From assembly GCA_964016885.1 (NCBI GenBank), contig OZ024742.1, positions 3,906,001 to 3,970,000 on the forward strand: a stretch of DNA of 64,000 bases, written 5' to 3'. This document shows, piece by piece, positions 63,601 to 64,000 of this stretch. Source of the stretch: Eledone cirrhosa (taxonomy: Eukaryota). The notes beneath the pieces are model-generated. The model was not told the origin of the DNA. It made no database searches and saw only the letters and a list, made by a program, of their open reading frames with translations. A program made the position numbers and the translations under genes. Position 1 is the stretch's first letter. Every line of letters begins with the position of its first letter.

Positions 63601-64000
63601 TCAGACACCATCAACTGTCAGACACCATCAACCGTCAGACACCATCAACTGTCAGACACCATCAACCGTCAATCACCATCAACTGTCAGACACCATCAAC
63701 TGTCAGACACCATCAACTGTCAGACACCATCAACTGTCGGACAACATCAACCGTCAGACACCATCAACTGTCAGACACCATCAACTGTCAGACACCATCA
63801 ACCGTCGGACACCATCAACCGACAGACACCATCAACTCTCAGACCGCATCAACTGTCAGACACCATCAACCGTCAGACACCATCAACCGTCAGACACCAT
63901 CAACCGTCAGACACCATCAACTGTCAGACTCCATCAACTGTCAGACACCATCAATCGTCAGACACCATCAACTGTCAGACACCATCAACCGTCAAGCACC
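60700..64000 (+). repeat. Three or more tandem copies of a 1.0-1.4 kb higher-order unit (81 and 61 monomers)
   Basis: GTCAATCACC at 61254, 62631 and 63668 (spacings 1377 = 81 x 17 and 1037 = 61 x 17). Each is followed by the same ordered variants GGACAAC, CCGTCGGAC, GACAGAC, CTCTCAGACCGC, GACTCC, AATCG. Confidence 0.88.

Larger units (their letters stand above)
1..64000 (+). repeat. 17-bp tandem satellite array, consensus GTCAGACACCATCAAC(T/C), about 3,760 head-to-tail monomers, no boundaries within the window
   Basis: Every line consists of this monomer or 1-3 nt variants of it. All ORF translations cycle through the same 17-aa unit (SDTIN[R/C]QTPSTVRHHQ[L/P]), as expected for 3 x 17 = 51 bp. 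Orientation is constant throughout. Confidence 0.99.

Noticed and set aside
1-64000. CRISPR array
   Set aside because: Repeats are directly adjacent with no unique spacers, 17 bp is below typical CRISPR repeat length, and there is no leader or cas gene.
1-64000. Telomerase-synthesised telomere (the - strand is G/T-rich and contains GGTGT, reminiscent of long budding-yeast telomeric repeats)
   Set aside because: Multi-kb ordered patterns of many rare variants indicate DNA-level duplication rather than templated addition. There are no G-runs of three or more, and I recognise no match to a known telomeric unit. A recombination-maintained terminal or subtelomeric satellite cannot be excluded without knowing the contig position.
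1-64000. CENP-B box (also 17 bp)
   Set aside because: Only the length coincides. The TTCG....A..CGGG core is absent on both strands.
1-64000. Plasmid iterons, a replication origin or a recombination-site array
   Set aside because: Iteron arrays have a few to tens of copies next to a rep gene and an AT-rich region. None of that context exists here, and the copy number is in the thousands.
1-64000. Pure sequencing artefact (rolling-circle concatemer or random read noise)
   Set aside because: Rare variants recur in the same order at multi-kb offsets, and indels are rare and mostly shared, which random error would not produce. Copy number of individual blocks could still be mis-assembled.
1-64000. 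170-bp (10-mer) nucleosome-length higher-order unit
   Set aside because: The arithmetic is suggestive, but the short periods I can actually see are 6 and 12 monomers. No 10-mer periodicity of variants was evident by eye.
1-64000. C/T pattern as a deliberate information code or variable cassette system
   Set aside because: The pattern is copied along with the duplicated blocks and is adequately explained by mutation plus duplication. No associated recombinase, reverse transcriptase or expression site is present.

Overview
The whole 64 kb window is one uninterrupted, single-orientation tandem array of a 17-bp monomer, consensus GTCAGACACCATCAACY (reverse complement RGTTGATGGTGTCTGAC), about 3,760 copies, running off both window ends. 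I found no unique-sequence island, inversion, transposon, RNA gene or credible protein-coding gene. All listed ORFs are by-products of a repeat that has no stop codon on the + strand. The real structure lies in the order of variant monomers, which shows a nested hierarchy: 17-bp monomer, 102-bp (6-mer) and 205-bp (12-mer) sub-repeats, roughly 1-2.3 kb segmental repeats, and near-identical 5-8 kb block duplications (offsets 6193, about 6806, 4849/5071, 6945/7985). The variant set changes at about 48.7 kb. This best fits a satellite DNA array, probably eukaryotic heterochromatin, but organism, chromosomal location and function cannot be determined from the sequence alone. Offsets and breakpoints were read by eye and from the ORF track, so breakpoints are approximate to a few monomers. 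I see no evidence for a novel gene system; what is interesting is the array architecture.
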